From Squalus acanthias (taxonomy: Eukaryota): a stretch of 64,000 nt of DNA. This document shows, piece after piece, positions 9,790-21,992 of this stretch. The stretch spans positions 33,666,001 to 33,730,000 of the forward strand of contig CM059438.1 in NCBI GenBank assembly GCA_030390025.1. The letters are read 5' to 3'. The first letter of the stretch is position 1, and each line of letters begins with the position of its first letter. A model generated the notes under the pieces. The model searched no databases and was not told the origin of the DNA. It worked only from the letters and a program-made list of their open reading frames with translations. The translations under genes and the position numbers were made by a program.

Positions 9790-12603
9790 ATGGCAAGGCT
9801 GGATGGCATTTATTTTAATGCAAGGAGTCTTGCGAGTAAGGCAGATGAATTGAAGGTGTTGATGAACACATGGGAGTATGATATTGTTGCTATCACAGAG
9901 ACATGGTTGAGGGAGGGGCAGGACTGGCAGCTCAATATTCCGGGGTATAGAATCTTCAGGCGAGACAGAGGGGGGTGTAAAAGAGGAGGGGGTGTCGCAA
10001 TATTAATCAAGGAGTCAATTACTGCTGTAAGGAGAGATGATATCATAGCAGGTTCCTCTAATGAGGCCACATGGGTAGAACTCAAAAACAAAAAGGGGGC
10101 AAGCACTTTGCTGGGAGTGTACTATAGGCCCCCAAACAGTCAGGGGGAGATAGAGGAACAGATATGTAGGCAAATCTCAGAGAAGCATAGAAATAATAGG
10201 GTAATAATAATAGGGGATTTCAACTTCCCCAATATTAACTGGGATAGTCAGAGTGTGAAAGGCTTAGAGGGTGCAGAATTCTTAAAGTGCATCCAGGGGA
10301 GCTTTTTGAGCCAGCATGTAGAAAGTCCAACAAGAGAGGGAGCGATACTGGACCTAATTCTAGGGAATGTAATCTGGCAAGTGGTAGAAGTGTCAGTAGG
10401 AGAGCATTTTGGTGACAGTGACCATAATTCGGTGAGATTTAAGGTAGTCATGGAAAAGGACAAAGATGGACCGGAAATAAAGGTTCTAAATTGGGGGAAG
10501 GCCGATTTTAATATGATAAGGCAGGATCTGGCCAAAGTGGATTGGGATAAGCTACTTGTAGGAAAATCCACATCAGAGCAGTGGGAGTCTTTCAGAAAGG
10601 AAATAGAGAGAGTACAACGCCAACATGTTCCCGTAAAGGTCAAGGGTGGGACCAACAAGCCCAGGAAACCTTGGATGTCAAGGGATATACAAGAATGGAT
10701 TAGGGAAAAAAGGGAGGCTTTTGGCAGATACAAAGGACTAAAAACAGTGGAAGCCCTAGAGGAGTATAGAAAGTGTGGGGGGTACTTAAAAAAGAAATTA
10801 GGAGAGCGAAGAGGGGGCATCAAAAAACACTGGCGGGCAAAATAAAGGAAAATCCCAAGGTGTTTTATAAGTATATTAAGGGCAAGAGGATAACCAGGGA
10901 AAGAGTAGGGCCCATTAGGGACCAAAGTGGCAATCTGTGTGTAGAGCCAGAAGATGTGGGTGAGGTTTTAAATGAATATTTTGCATCTGTGTTCACTATG
11001 GAGAAGGACGATGTAGGCTTAGAAATCAAGCAGGGGGATTGTGATAGACTTGAACAAATTAGTATTGAGAGGGAGGAGGTTCTAGCGGTTTTAGCAGGCT
11101 TAAAAGTGGATAAATCCCCAGGCCCAGACGAGATGTATCCCAGGCTGCTGTGTGAGGCAAGGGAGGAGATTGCAGGGGCTCTGACACAAATTTTCAGAAC
11201 CTCTCTGGCCACAGGGGAGGTGCCAGAGGACTGGAGGACAGCTAATGTAGTACCATTATTCAAGAAGGTTAGTAGGGATAAACCAGGGAATTACAGGCCA
11301 GTGAGCCTAACATCAGTGGTAGGGAAATTATTGGAAAAAATTCTGAGGGACAGAATTAGTCTCCACTTGGAGAGGCAAGGATTAATCAAGGATAGTCAGC
11401 ATGGCTTTGTCAGGGCGAGATCATGTCTGACCAATTTTATTGAATTTTTTGAGGGGGTGACTCGGTGTGTGGATGAGGGTAGTGCAGTTGATGTAGTCTA
11501 CATGGACTTCAGTAAGGCTTTTGACAAAGTCCCGCATGGGAGATTGGTCAAGAAGGTAAAAGCCCATGGGATCCAGGGCAATTTGGCACATTGGATCCAA
11601 AATTGGCTTCGTGGCAGGAGGCAGAGAGTGATGGTCGAAGGTTGTTTTTGTGACTGGAAGCCTGTGTCCAGTGGTGTACCGCAGGGATCGGTGCTGGGTC
11701 CTTTGCTGTTTGTAGTGTACATTAATGATTTAGATATGAATGTAGGAGGTATGATCAGTAAGTTTGCAGATGACACGAAAATTGGTGGAGTGGTAAATAG
11801 CAAGGAGGGAAGCCTCAGGCTACAGGACGATATAGACGGGTTGGTCAGATGGGCAGAACAGTGGCAAATGGAATTTAACCCTGAAAAGTGTGAGGTGATG
11901 CATTTTGGGAGGACTAACAAGGCAAGGGAATACACAATGAATGGTAGGATCCTAGGAAGGACAGAGGATCAGAGGGACCTTGGTGTGCATGTACATAGAT
12001 CCCTGAAGGCAGCAGGACAGGTAGATAAGGTGGTTAAAAAGGCATATGGGATACTTGCCTTCATTAGCCGAGGCATAGAATATAAGAGCAGGGAGGTTAT
12101 GATGGAGCTGTACAAAACGCTAGTTAGGCCACAGCTGGAATACTGTGTGCAGTTCTGGTCGCCACACTATAGGAAGGATGTGATTGCATTGGAGAGGGTG
12201 CAGAGGAGATTCACCAGGATGTTACCTGGGCTGGAGCGCTTCAGCTATGAAGAGAGACTGGACAGGCTGGGGTTGTTTTCCTTAGAGCAGAGAAGGCTGA
12301 GGGGGTAACCTGATTGAGGTATACAAAATTATGAGGGATATAGATAGGGTAGATAGAAAGGAACTTTTCCCCTTAGTAGAGGGGTCAATAACCAGGGGGC
12401 ATAGTTTCAAAGTAAGGGGCAGGAGGTTTAGAAGGGATTTGAGGAAAAACTTTTTCACCGAGAGGGTGGTTGGAATCTGGAACTCACTGCCTGAAAGGGT
12501 GGTAGAGGCAGGAACCCTCACAACATTCAAGAAGCATTTAGATGAGCACTTGAAACGCCATAGCATACAAGGCTACAGACCAAGTGCTGGAAAATGGGAT
12601 TAG
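9790..12603 (+). pseudogene. CR1 ORF2 (APE endonuclease plus reverse transcriptase) with two single-base frameshifts (~10780, ~12303)
   Basis: NARS, ITETWL, GDFN, SDH (9790-10845); [14 protein letters not shown] (10773-12308); C-terminus in 12331-12603. Confidence 0.92.
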
Positions 12604-12682
12604 AATAGATAGGGCTTGATGGCTGGTGTGGACACGATGGGCCGAAGGGCCTCTTTCTGTGCTGTATAAATCTATGACTCTA

Positions 12683-14520
12683 TGGCTCCACCCCTCCTCT
12701 TACTGCCCATTTACTATTTATATGCGTATAGAAGATTTTTGAATTCCCTTTTATGTTATCTGCCTGTGTATTCTTATACTCTTTGCCCCTCTTATTTCCT
12801 TTTTTACTTCTCCTCTGAACTTTCTATATTCAGCCTGGTTCTCACTTTAATTCTCAACCTAACATCTGTCATATGCCCCCTTTTTCTGTTTCATCTTACT
12901 CTCTACCTCTTTCATCATCCAGGGAGCTCTGGCTTTAGTTGCCCTACCTTTCCCCCTCGTGGGAATGTATCTCGACTGTACCTGAACCATCTCCTCTTTA
13001 AAGGCAGCCCATTGTTCCATTACAGTTTTGCCTGCCAATCTTTGATTCCAATTTACCTGGGACAGATCTGTTCTCAACCCACTGAAATTGGCCCTCTTCG
13101 AATTAAGTATTTTTACTCTAGATTGCTCTTTGTCCTTTTCCATAGCTAATCTAAACCTTATGATACTATGATCACTGTTCCCTAAATGTTCCCCTACTAA
13201 CACTTGCTCCACTTGACCCACCTCATTCTGCAGAACCAGATCCAGCAATGCCTCCTTCCTCATTGGGCTGGAAACGTACTGATCAAGAAAAATCTTCTAA
13301 ACACACTTCAGAAATTCTTCCCCCTCTCTGCCCTTTACACTATTACTATCCCAATCTACATTAGGATAATTGAAGTCCCCCATTATCACTACTCTATAGT
13401 TCTTGCACCTCTCTGTAATTTCCCTGCAAATTTTCTCCTCTATATCCTTCCCACAAGTTGGTGGCCTATAGAATACACCCAGTAGTGTAATGGCACCTCT
13501 ATTGTTTTTCAACTCTAACCAAATAGATTCTGTCCTTGACCCCTCCAGGACATCCTTTCTCTCCAGCACTGTAATATTCTGCTTAATCAATACTGCCACC
13601 CCACCCTCTTTCTGTCCTTCCTTATCTTTCCTGAACACCTTATAACCAGGAATATTTAGTACCCAACCCTGTCCTTTTTTGAGCCAGATCTCTGTTATTG
13701 CCACATCATATTCCCATGTGGCTTTTTGCGCCTGCAGCTCACCAACCTTATTTACCACGCTTCTTGCACTTACACACATGCACTATAAACCTGTCTTACA
13801 CTTTCTTACCTAATACCTTACTATTTCTTACTCTAGTGCGATCTGTCTCTCCCAATCCTTTGTGCACCTTGTTTCTCCTTTCTAATGCTACAACCTGGTG
13901 CCCATTCGCCTGCCAAATTAGTTTAAACCCTCCCCAACAGCACTAGCAAACCTCCCTGCGAGGACATTGGTTCTGGCTCTGTTGAGGTGCAATGCATCCG
14001 GCCTGTACAGGTCCCACCTCCCCCAGAACCGGTCCCAATGTCCCAGGAATCTAAAGCCCTCCCTCCTGCACCATCTCTCCAGCCACGTATTCATCTGCTC
14101 GATCCTCCTATTTCTATACTCACGTGGCACTGGAAGTAATCCGGAGATTACTACTTTTGAGGTCCTGCTTTTTAATCTTTTTCCTAGCTTTCTAAAATCC
14201 GCTTGCAGGACCTCATCCCTCTTTCTACCTATGTTGTTGATACCGATATGGACAACGACCTCTGGCTGTTCACCCTCCCCCCTCAGAGTGTCCTGCAGCC
14301 GCTCAGTGGCATCCTTGACCCTGACACCATCCTGGAGTCACGTCTGCGGCTGCAGAAACGCCTGTCTGCTCCCCTAACTATTGAATCTCCTATCACTATT
14401 GATTTCCCAACCTTCCTCCTCCCCCCCTGTAAAGCTGAGCCACCTGTGGTGCCGTGGACTTGGCTCTAACTGTACTCCCCTGAGGAACCATCGCCCTCAC
14501 CAGTATTCAGTCCTGAATAC
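12683..14520 (-). mobile_element. CR1 LINE, 5' part (ORF1 remnant and endonuclease) of the host copy that continues at 6597-8373
   Basis: ORFs 12859-13263 and 13297-13779 (endonuclease) and 13918-14130 (esterase ORF1 end). Confidence 0.9.
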
Positions 14521-16059
14521 CAGATGAGGTTTGAAGTTATCAAAGGTACATTTAAGTGACATTAACTGTATGGGTAACTTTATTTTAAAGAAGAAATCAA
14601 TGAATTGCATGCTCACTGGACTACTACGCCCTGGGGAACTACTTTCTTTGTCCCTTGTGGAATAGCTGGAACTACTTTGCCAATAATACTCAGGCTAAGT
14701 GAATTCCTGTGATGTAATACTGCTTATTGTAATCTTTTTCACTGTATATAAATACAAGTTGTTGTTGTTGTTGTTTGAAGGCCATTAATCTAATTCTAGA
14801 CAGTCCTGTGGCATTTGTGAAATTTGGAAACTGTTTATTTTATTTGTAATGTTTTAAGTATAAATTTTGGTTATATATTTTAACACAGCTTCCAATTTTA
14901 AATGCATTCCAAAGCATCCAGTTTTTCGAGCCGTCTTATGGAGAGATCCAACTGTTAGTAAAATACTCTACTGACAATCATTACAGTAGAGCCCTCTGCA
15001 GCATTTGCACAACACCTGGTTCCTCTTTGGAGTGTTTGATGAAATAGTTTGATTCTTCAGAAGCTGTATTTAACTTATTTTAATTTTTGTGTCATTTGCA
15101 TATGATTATGTGTGAGGAGGGAATACTAGTGCAGATTCCCCAATCAGCCATTCTTCGTGAGGAACAGAACTCACAAGGAAGTGCTGGTCAGGAAATCCAT
15201 TTACTGTAAATTATTGGATGGCAAATCATGGATGGAAGAGGTAGCAGGACTTCTGCAGCTGAGCTTGAGTGGATTATCTGGGCTGAACAATCTGTTTTTA
15301 CTGCCACAATTAATGCCCATCTCAGCAGCCATCAGGCATGAATATTTTCAGGTACTTGAGCCAGACAAATCTTTAAGTGTAAGCCCAGTGGAGACTGAGG
15401 AACCTCGTTCAAGTGAGCCACATGAATTCAATCAATAGGTAGCTTTGGGATTTGAGTGGGTAACCTGATTGAGGGTTAAACTCCTGGTTGCTTGAGCTGT
15501 TGAGCGATTCATTCTCCTCCCAATATGGGAAGCACACAGCATCACTTAGAAGCGCACACATTACAACAAGGCATCACAGTAGACAACTGAACACATAACA
15601 AATTCACACAGGTATGAATTAATAAGTAAAATGTGTTCACTTTTGAACCAGTGGTAATTCTGCACTTCTATGATTGTCCACTGTGAGGAGCAAAATTTGT
15701 AAAGTACACATAATTAGAAGTCTAAATGTAGTTCAGTCCAATAAAACAACAGGCAGCGGTAATGTTATTTTGCAATTTGTACATAAATGTCTTATGAATT
15801 AGTTGTGACAAATGACAAAGTTTCCTGGAAGAAATGGCAATGAAAATCACTAATTGTGAAGTTCACAAAATGAAATCAAAAATGGGAAGTCAGCAATAGT
15901 CACTAATAAAAAGGAACCAAAATATCTTTACCTGTGATATACGAAGCCTTTTGAAAGATTGTTTCTTGCCCTGAACTGAACCTCCATCCCAACTTTGGTG
16001 TCATTTGCAAACTTGACCAATCTGTGTTGTGTTTCCAAGTCTAAATCATTGATGCCAAT

Positions 16060-17455
16060 TACATAGAATTACATAGCATATACAGCACTGAAACAGGCCA
16101 TTCAGCCCAACTAGTCTGTGCTGATGTTTATACTCTACACGACTCTCCTCCCATTACTTCATCCTCATCTCAGCCTTTCAGCATATCTTTCTATTCCCTT
16201 TTCTCTCATCTACTCGTCTAATTTCCTTTTGAGAGCAGCGAAGCTATTTGCCTCAACCACTTTCTGGTGGTAGTGAGTTCCACATTCTAACCACTTTCTG
16301 AGTAAAGAGAGTTTTCCTTATTTCCCTATCTTTTATTGATGGTCCCTAGTTTTGGATTCTCTCACAAGGGGAAACATTCTCTCCACATCTACCCTGTCTA
16401 ACTCATTCATCATTTTAAAGACCGCTATCAGATCTCCTCTCAGTCTTCTCTTTTCTAAAGAAAACAACCCCAACCTGTTCAATTTTCCTGATAGCTGTAA
16501 ACTCTCAGGGGGGAATTTTCCCAGCCCTGGGGAGGCGGGTTTGGAGGCGGGACTGCTGGGAAAATGGCAGAAACTGGGAGCGGCTACCGACCCCGCTCCC
16601 AACCCGCCTCCGTGCCATCTTCCCAGGAGGCAGGTCCCCGAGTCGCGCAGGGACCCATCTCCTCGAGGTGGGAAGGGGATTAGAGCCAATTAACTGCCGG
16701 TTAACAGGTAGTTTTGAGGCTTTTCCCTATTTTACGCCTGCATTTGCGGGCTTCCCGATGGCTGCGAACCTCGCCAGGGTCAGCGAGGCGAGCAGTGGGT
16801 CTGCGGTGGTGAGAGGGGTCAAAATGTCAGCTGTAGAGGTGAGTGATGGGTGCAAGTGTGGACAGGTAAGCATGAGAGGTAAGTGTAAAGTGTTGGAAAA
16901 AGTTTCCTTACCTTTGCTTCTTTCTGCAGGCTTCAACCTTTGAGGATCCGGAAGTGCCTCATCTCAATGACAGAGATGACAGAATGGCTGCTGCATTCTC
17001 AGATGCAGCAGCCATCTGCTTTCTGCTGAGGAGAGAGGTCTTGGTGAGCCTGTGTGCAAGGGCTCATCTTAGAACAGAGATTGTCAGAGTTTGACAGCTT
17101 CTCAAAGTAAAAAAGAACAAGGCCAATCAAGGGAAAATAGCGTGGGTTGGTCAGACGTCGCTGGGGGCGGGACTGAAACCCGGAAACCAGAAGTCCCGCC
17201 TCCAGCATGTCTTCATTGAGAAAATTCAGCCCTGAGTTCTGGTACCTTCTGTGTAAATCTTTTTTGCACTTTCTCCACTGCTTCTATGTCCTTATAGTAT
17301 GGAGACCAGAACTGTGCACAATACTCGAAGTACGGCCTGACCAGGGTCCTATACAAATTTAACATAACTTCACTACTTTGGAACCCTTTAGACCTAGAAA
17401 TAAAGCCCAGTGCTTTGTTAGCATTTTTAATTGCTTTGCTGACTCGGAGGCACTC
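16060..17455 (-). mobile_element. CR1 3' fragment interrupted by MITE 16508-17232; older degenerate CR1 sequence probably continues to ~18300
   Basis: LFSLEKRRLRGDL and LVRPYFEYCAQFW motifs; tail CATAGAATTACATAG at ~16061. Confidence 0.85.
16508..17232. mobile_element. Harbinger-like MITE (725 bp)
   Basis: Imperfect TIRs GGGGGGAATTTTCCC / GAGAAAATTCAGCCC; 3-bp flanks TCA/TGA; the CR1 frame resumes on both sides. Confidence 0.75.
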
Positions 17456-18945
17456 CACTCATTTGTTTCCCCCGCAGTCCAACATCACTCCCTTAACAAG
17501 TACTTACTGCTTTTTTCCCTTTCTTGCAGCCAGTTTCATATCAATTTCCAAGTTTTGAACCTTTGCTTTGAGCTTATGAAACAATCTTTTATGAAGAACT
17601 CTGTCAAGCGCTTTATGGAAATCCTGATGCACCCATCACTGCCTACTTGGCAATTCACCTCCTCACAGATTCAGAGGTTGGTCAGGCAGACTCTTTCTCA
17701 TCTGAAGCCGTGTTGGTTGCTATTTAATAAGTTATTATCATACAGCTATTCCTTGAACTTCTTCCTGACAATTGATTTCACTATTTTATCTATTATTGAT
17801 GTGAAACTAATAGGTCATAGTTTGCCAAATTGAATATGGGTTTACAAGCTTGTTTCTAATTCAGTGGGCCCTCCTCAGTTTTCACTCAAGATGACTGCCA
17901 GCACTTTACAAAACACATTCCAAGGCTCTCTTAGCACTCTGGGATAAATACCATCCATACCTGCAGAATTTTTCCTTTTTTTCCTTTAAGGAGTCTAGAA
18001 CCTCTATCTTGTTAATGCCAAAGTCCCTAAGTATACCAGTTGAGAGTATTATACTATGGTCCTCTATAATGAATACTTCAAGGAAATAATCATTGCAAAT
18101 TTAACTACTTTCCCTTTGCCATTTTGTTCCCCTTTTGTAACCTACGTTTTCCCTAACAGTCCATTCACTATTATAGTATTGAAAGAATTTCTTGCTGTTG
18201 TGTTCAGTATTTCTAGCTATTTGCATTTCCAGATTCCTCTTTTCCCTTCGGAGTGTTGCTGTATCTTCCCCATGTAACCTTTAACCTGTCTCCTTACAGG
18301 TTTTGTACAGTTAATTGTTCTTTCTTATTGAATTTCAGATGGTCTTGTATATTTGTTTAGGAGCTTCCTTGGAAAAATTGGTCTTTACAGTCATTTGAGA
18401 ACTCACAACCTGTATTAAATTGGAGATGATGCATTGGCTGTCATCATTGACAACGATGGACAAACCATCATCATCATCATTGTTTACCCTACACTTACTG
18501 TTTGGTATATATGGCCCTAAATTTCTGCCATTTCTGAGAGTTTCCTCATTGACTTGCAACAGTTGAGTGGGTGGAGGCAAGAGTCCTGCAAATGTTTTCC
18601 TTACAGCTAGCCTAATTTATTTACATTGGATATACAGCACAGAAACAGGCCATTCGGCCCAACCAGTCCATGCCGGTGTTTATGCTCAACTTGAGCCTCC
18701 TCCAGTCTTTCCTCATCTAACCCTATCAGCATAACCCTCTATTCCCTTCTCCCTCATATGCTTGTCCAGCCTCCCCTTAAATGCATCTATACTATTCTCT
18801 TCAACCACTCCCTGTGGTAGCGAGTTCTACATTCTCACCACTCTCTGGGTAATGAGTTTCTTCTGAATTCCCTATTGGATTTTGTGGTGGCTATCTTATA
18901 TTGATGGCCTCTAGGTTTGCTCTTCCCCACAAGTGGAAACACTGT

Positions 18946-19682
18946 GGGGGAGAAATTCCCCTAGAAGGCCATTTGGGGCGCTAAATGAAAAATGTTTGGA
19001 AAGTTAGCGCCAGGCGCTAACCTTTTCAAGCATTTGTTAAATTCCCTCCTTTTGCCCCAAGAGGGAAGTGGAGCACTAAATCAAGCGTTCCACTTGCCTC
19101 TTGGAGCGCAAGAGGCAGGGATGTCCCAATCCGGGGCGATGTGCTCAGTAGCGCCACGTGTGGCCATGCGTGGTGGTGCCACGTTGCAGAGGCTCTGCCC
19201 TGCATTAAAGGGAAGGGCCCCACGCTGCGAGCTCTGCAGGTTTCATTGTAGATTTCTGGGCCACTGGGGAGCGTCCGGCACTCAAGCAGACTGCCGGGCT
19301 GAGCGATCGCGGCACGCACGCTGTGACCGGTGGGCTGAAAATTTATTTTTTGGCTGGCCACACACCGCGCATTTAAGTTGCGCCCTGTGAGCGGCCGACC
19401 TCACTGTTCTCGACCCCCTGCAGCAGTCGGTAACATCGCCCGGCGCTGCTGTGGGGTGCTAGTGCGAATTTTTCTCCCGAGGCGCTACTGGGGCGCTGCG
19501 CCCGGAGATGACATCATGATCTCTGGGCGCAGAAGATCGGGGCGAAACCCAGTAGCGCCGCCGCTAACCTCCTGCAGAATTTCACGGGAGGCGCTGTTAT
19601 CACCTCGGGGGGGTGGGGTGAAGCCATTTGCGCCCCGTTATCGCCTCCCACCGGAGGCTCAAACGAGGGGAATTTCGCCCCC
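18946..19682. mobile_element. Harbinger-like MITE (737 bp), related to 52134-52850
   Basis: TIRs GGGGGAGAAATTCCC / GGGAATTTCGCCCCC; TAGCGCC subterminal motifs; flanks TGT/TCT. Confidence 0.85.
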
Positions 19683-19864
19683 TCTCTCTGTATCTACTCT
19701 ATCAAAACCTTTCATGATTTTAAAGACCTCTATTATCTCACCCCTCAGCCTTCTCTTTTCAAGAGAAAAGAGACCCAGCCTGTTCATCCTTTCCAGATAG
19801 GTGTATCTGGTATCATCCTTGTAAATCTGCACCCTCTCCAGTGCCTCTATATCATTTTTATAAT

Positions 19865-20609
19865 GGCCCAAAAATTCGTGAGGAAGCCTTCGTGCGAGGG
19901 TAAGGCCTCCCCGCGATCTCTCACTCCGCGTTGGCTTTTTCAGTTCCAGCTCGCACGAACTTGATGTTCTGGACAGCTGCTGTGCTGGGCTTGCGTATCC
20001 CACCGGCGTAGTTAATTCGTGCGAGCTGTGGGATCACGTGACTCAGTTAGAGCCAATGGCAGCACACCATCTTCCATTCATAACTTTCACATAAGTGCTG
20101 TGAAAGTTATGAATACTATAGCCCCCCAAAAGAACCGCTAAACCTCAATTAATTTTTTTTATAAACCCATCACATTAATAAAATAAGTATAGTTAAATAA
20201 ATTAACCATTTTAAATAAAAAAATTAAATTTTTGAAAAAATTTAAAATCTTTTAAAAAGTTATAAAAATAAACTTACCTGTCTTTAAAGTCTCTAAAAAT
20301 GATATACCTGTTAAAAAAAATTCAAAATAATACTTAATTCACTACTTACCTTGTTAAAAGTGGGTCTTACTCCTCCTTTTTTTATGTGTAGAATCTTCCG
20401 TACTTACCTGCGCGTTGAAACCACTAAGTGCACAGCGTGCGCGCAGCCTGTAGCGCGCACGCGGTTCACCTAGGACCCGCCCCCTTTTCCATTCACCAAG
20501 TGCCGGTTTTCAGCGCATGCGCAGTGCATGCAGAAAACCGTCAATTGGAGACAGAATACGCGAGAGTACGCAGTGCGTACTCTCGCGTAGCGGCACTAAT
20601 TTTTGGGCC
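19865..20609. mobile_element. Non-autonomous Harbinger-like element, GGCCC family (745 bp)
   Basis: TIRs GGCCCAAAAATT / AATTTTTGGGCC; TSD AAT; further copies at 27547-27989 and 59779-61299. Confidence 0.88.
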
Positions 20610-21992
20610 AATATGGCGACCAGAATTGCACACAGTACTCCAAGTGTGGTCTAACCAAGGTTTGATACAAGTTTAGCATAACTTCCCTACTTTTCAATTC
20701 CATCCCTCTAGAAATAAACCTAGTGCTTGGTTTGCTTTTTCTATGACCTTGTTAACCTGTGTCGATACTTTTAGTGATTTGTGTATTTGTACTCCAAGAT
20801 CCCTTTGCTCCTCTACCTCATTTAGATTCTTATTTTCCCAGTAATATGTGACCTCCCTATTTTTCTTACCAAAATGTAATAGCTCACATTTATCTGTGTT
20901 GAATTTCATTTGCCAATTATATGCCCATTCTGCAAGTTTATTAATGTCTTCTTGTAATTTGTTGCAGTCCTCCTCAGTATTGACTATCACCCCTAATTTG
21001 ATGTCGTTCGCAAATTTAGAAATTGTGTTTTTGATTCCAAAGTCTAAATCGTTAATATAAATTGTGAACAACAGTGTTCCCAGCACTGATCCTTGTGGAA
21101 CACCACTACCCACCTTCTGCCACTCTGAATAGCTACCCTTTACCCCTACTCTCTGCTTTCTGTCTTGAAGCCAGCTAGTTATCCATTCTGCTACTTGTCC
21201 CCTGACTCCACATTCTCTGACCTTATTCATTAGTCTATTATGTGGTACCTTATCGAAGGCCTTTTGAAAATCTACCCTTGTCTACTCTCTCTGTTACCTC
21301 TTCAAAAAATTCAATTAGGTTGGTCAAGCAAGACTTTCCCTTTTGAAATCCATGCTGACTATTTATTATTATACTTTTCGTTTCTAGATGTTCTTCTATT
21401 TTCTCCTTTAGTAGGGGTTCCATTATTTTTCCTACCACCGATGTTAAGCTGACTGGCCTATAGTTCCCTGGGCATGTTCTATCCCCCTTCTTAAATATAG
21501 GTATTACGTTAGCTATCCACCAGTCCTCTGGCACTACACCTTTTTCTAACAAATTACTAAATATGTGCAGTAATGCCTCTGCTATTTCATCTGTAGATTC
21601 TTTTAAAATGTGCGGATGTAATCTGTGCAGACCAAGGGGTAGAAATTAGGTCGCGCCCCATTTGGGGCGCAAATATCGTCCGCGCGCAAATATTAGCGCC
21701 TGGCGCTAATTATCGGCACTGACAGGAAACTTCACTTTTACCGCCCCGGGAGGTGAGTGGAGCGCTAAATTAGGCGCTGCACACCTCTCTTAAGGTGCAA
21801 AGGCCTAGGAGTGAGGCGCTAACTCAGCGCACGAGCGCAGCGCAGCTGCTGCCAGTTAGCGAGGGAACACAGACACACTGGCGCCGGACACTTCTTAAAG
21901 CGGGGGGGGCCACTTGCTCCCCAGCCACACCCTGCTCATTGCAGCCTTGAATCTCAGCCTGGAGAGACCTGTAATCCATTTTGCTGCCAAGC

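Larger units (their letters stand above)
8374..12682 (+). mobile_element. Near full-length young CR1 LINE (5' UTR, ORF1, ORF2, tail)
   Basis: GC-rich 5' UTR, ORF1 8720-9670, ORF2 9790-12603, TCTATGACTCTAT tail; short flanking repeat TGGC (8370-8373, 12683-12686). Confidence 0.95.

Noticed and set aside
18335-18580. 81-aa ORF with a DDDD tract
   Set aside because: Short, no ATG start and no recognisable family; adjacent to decayed LINE sequence.
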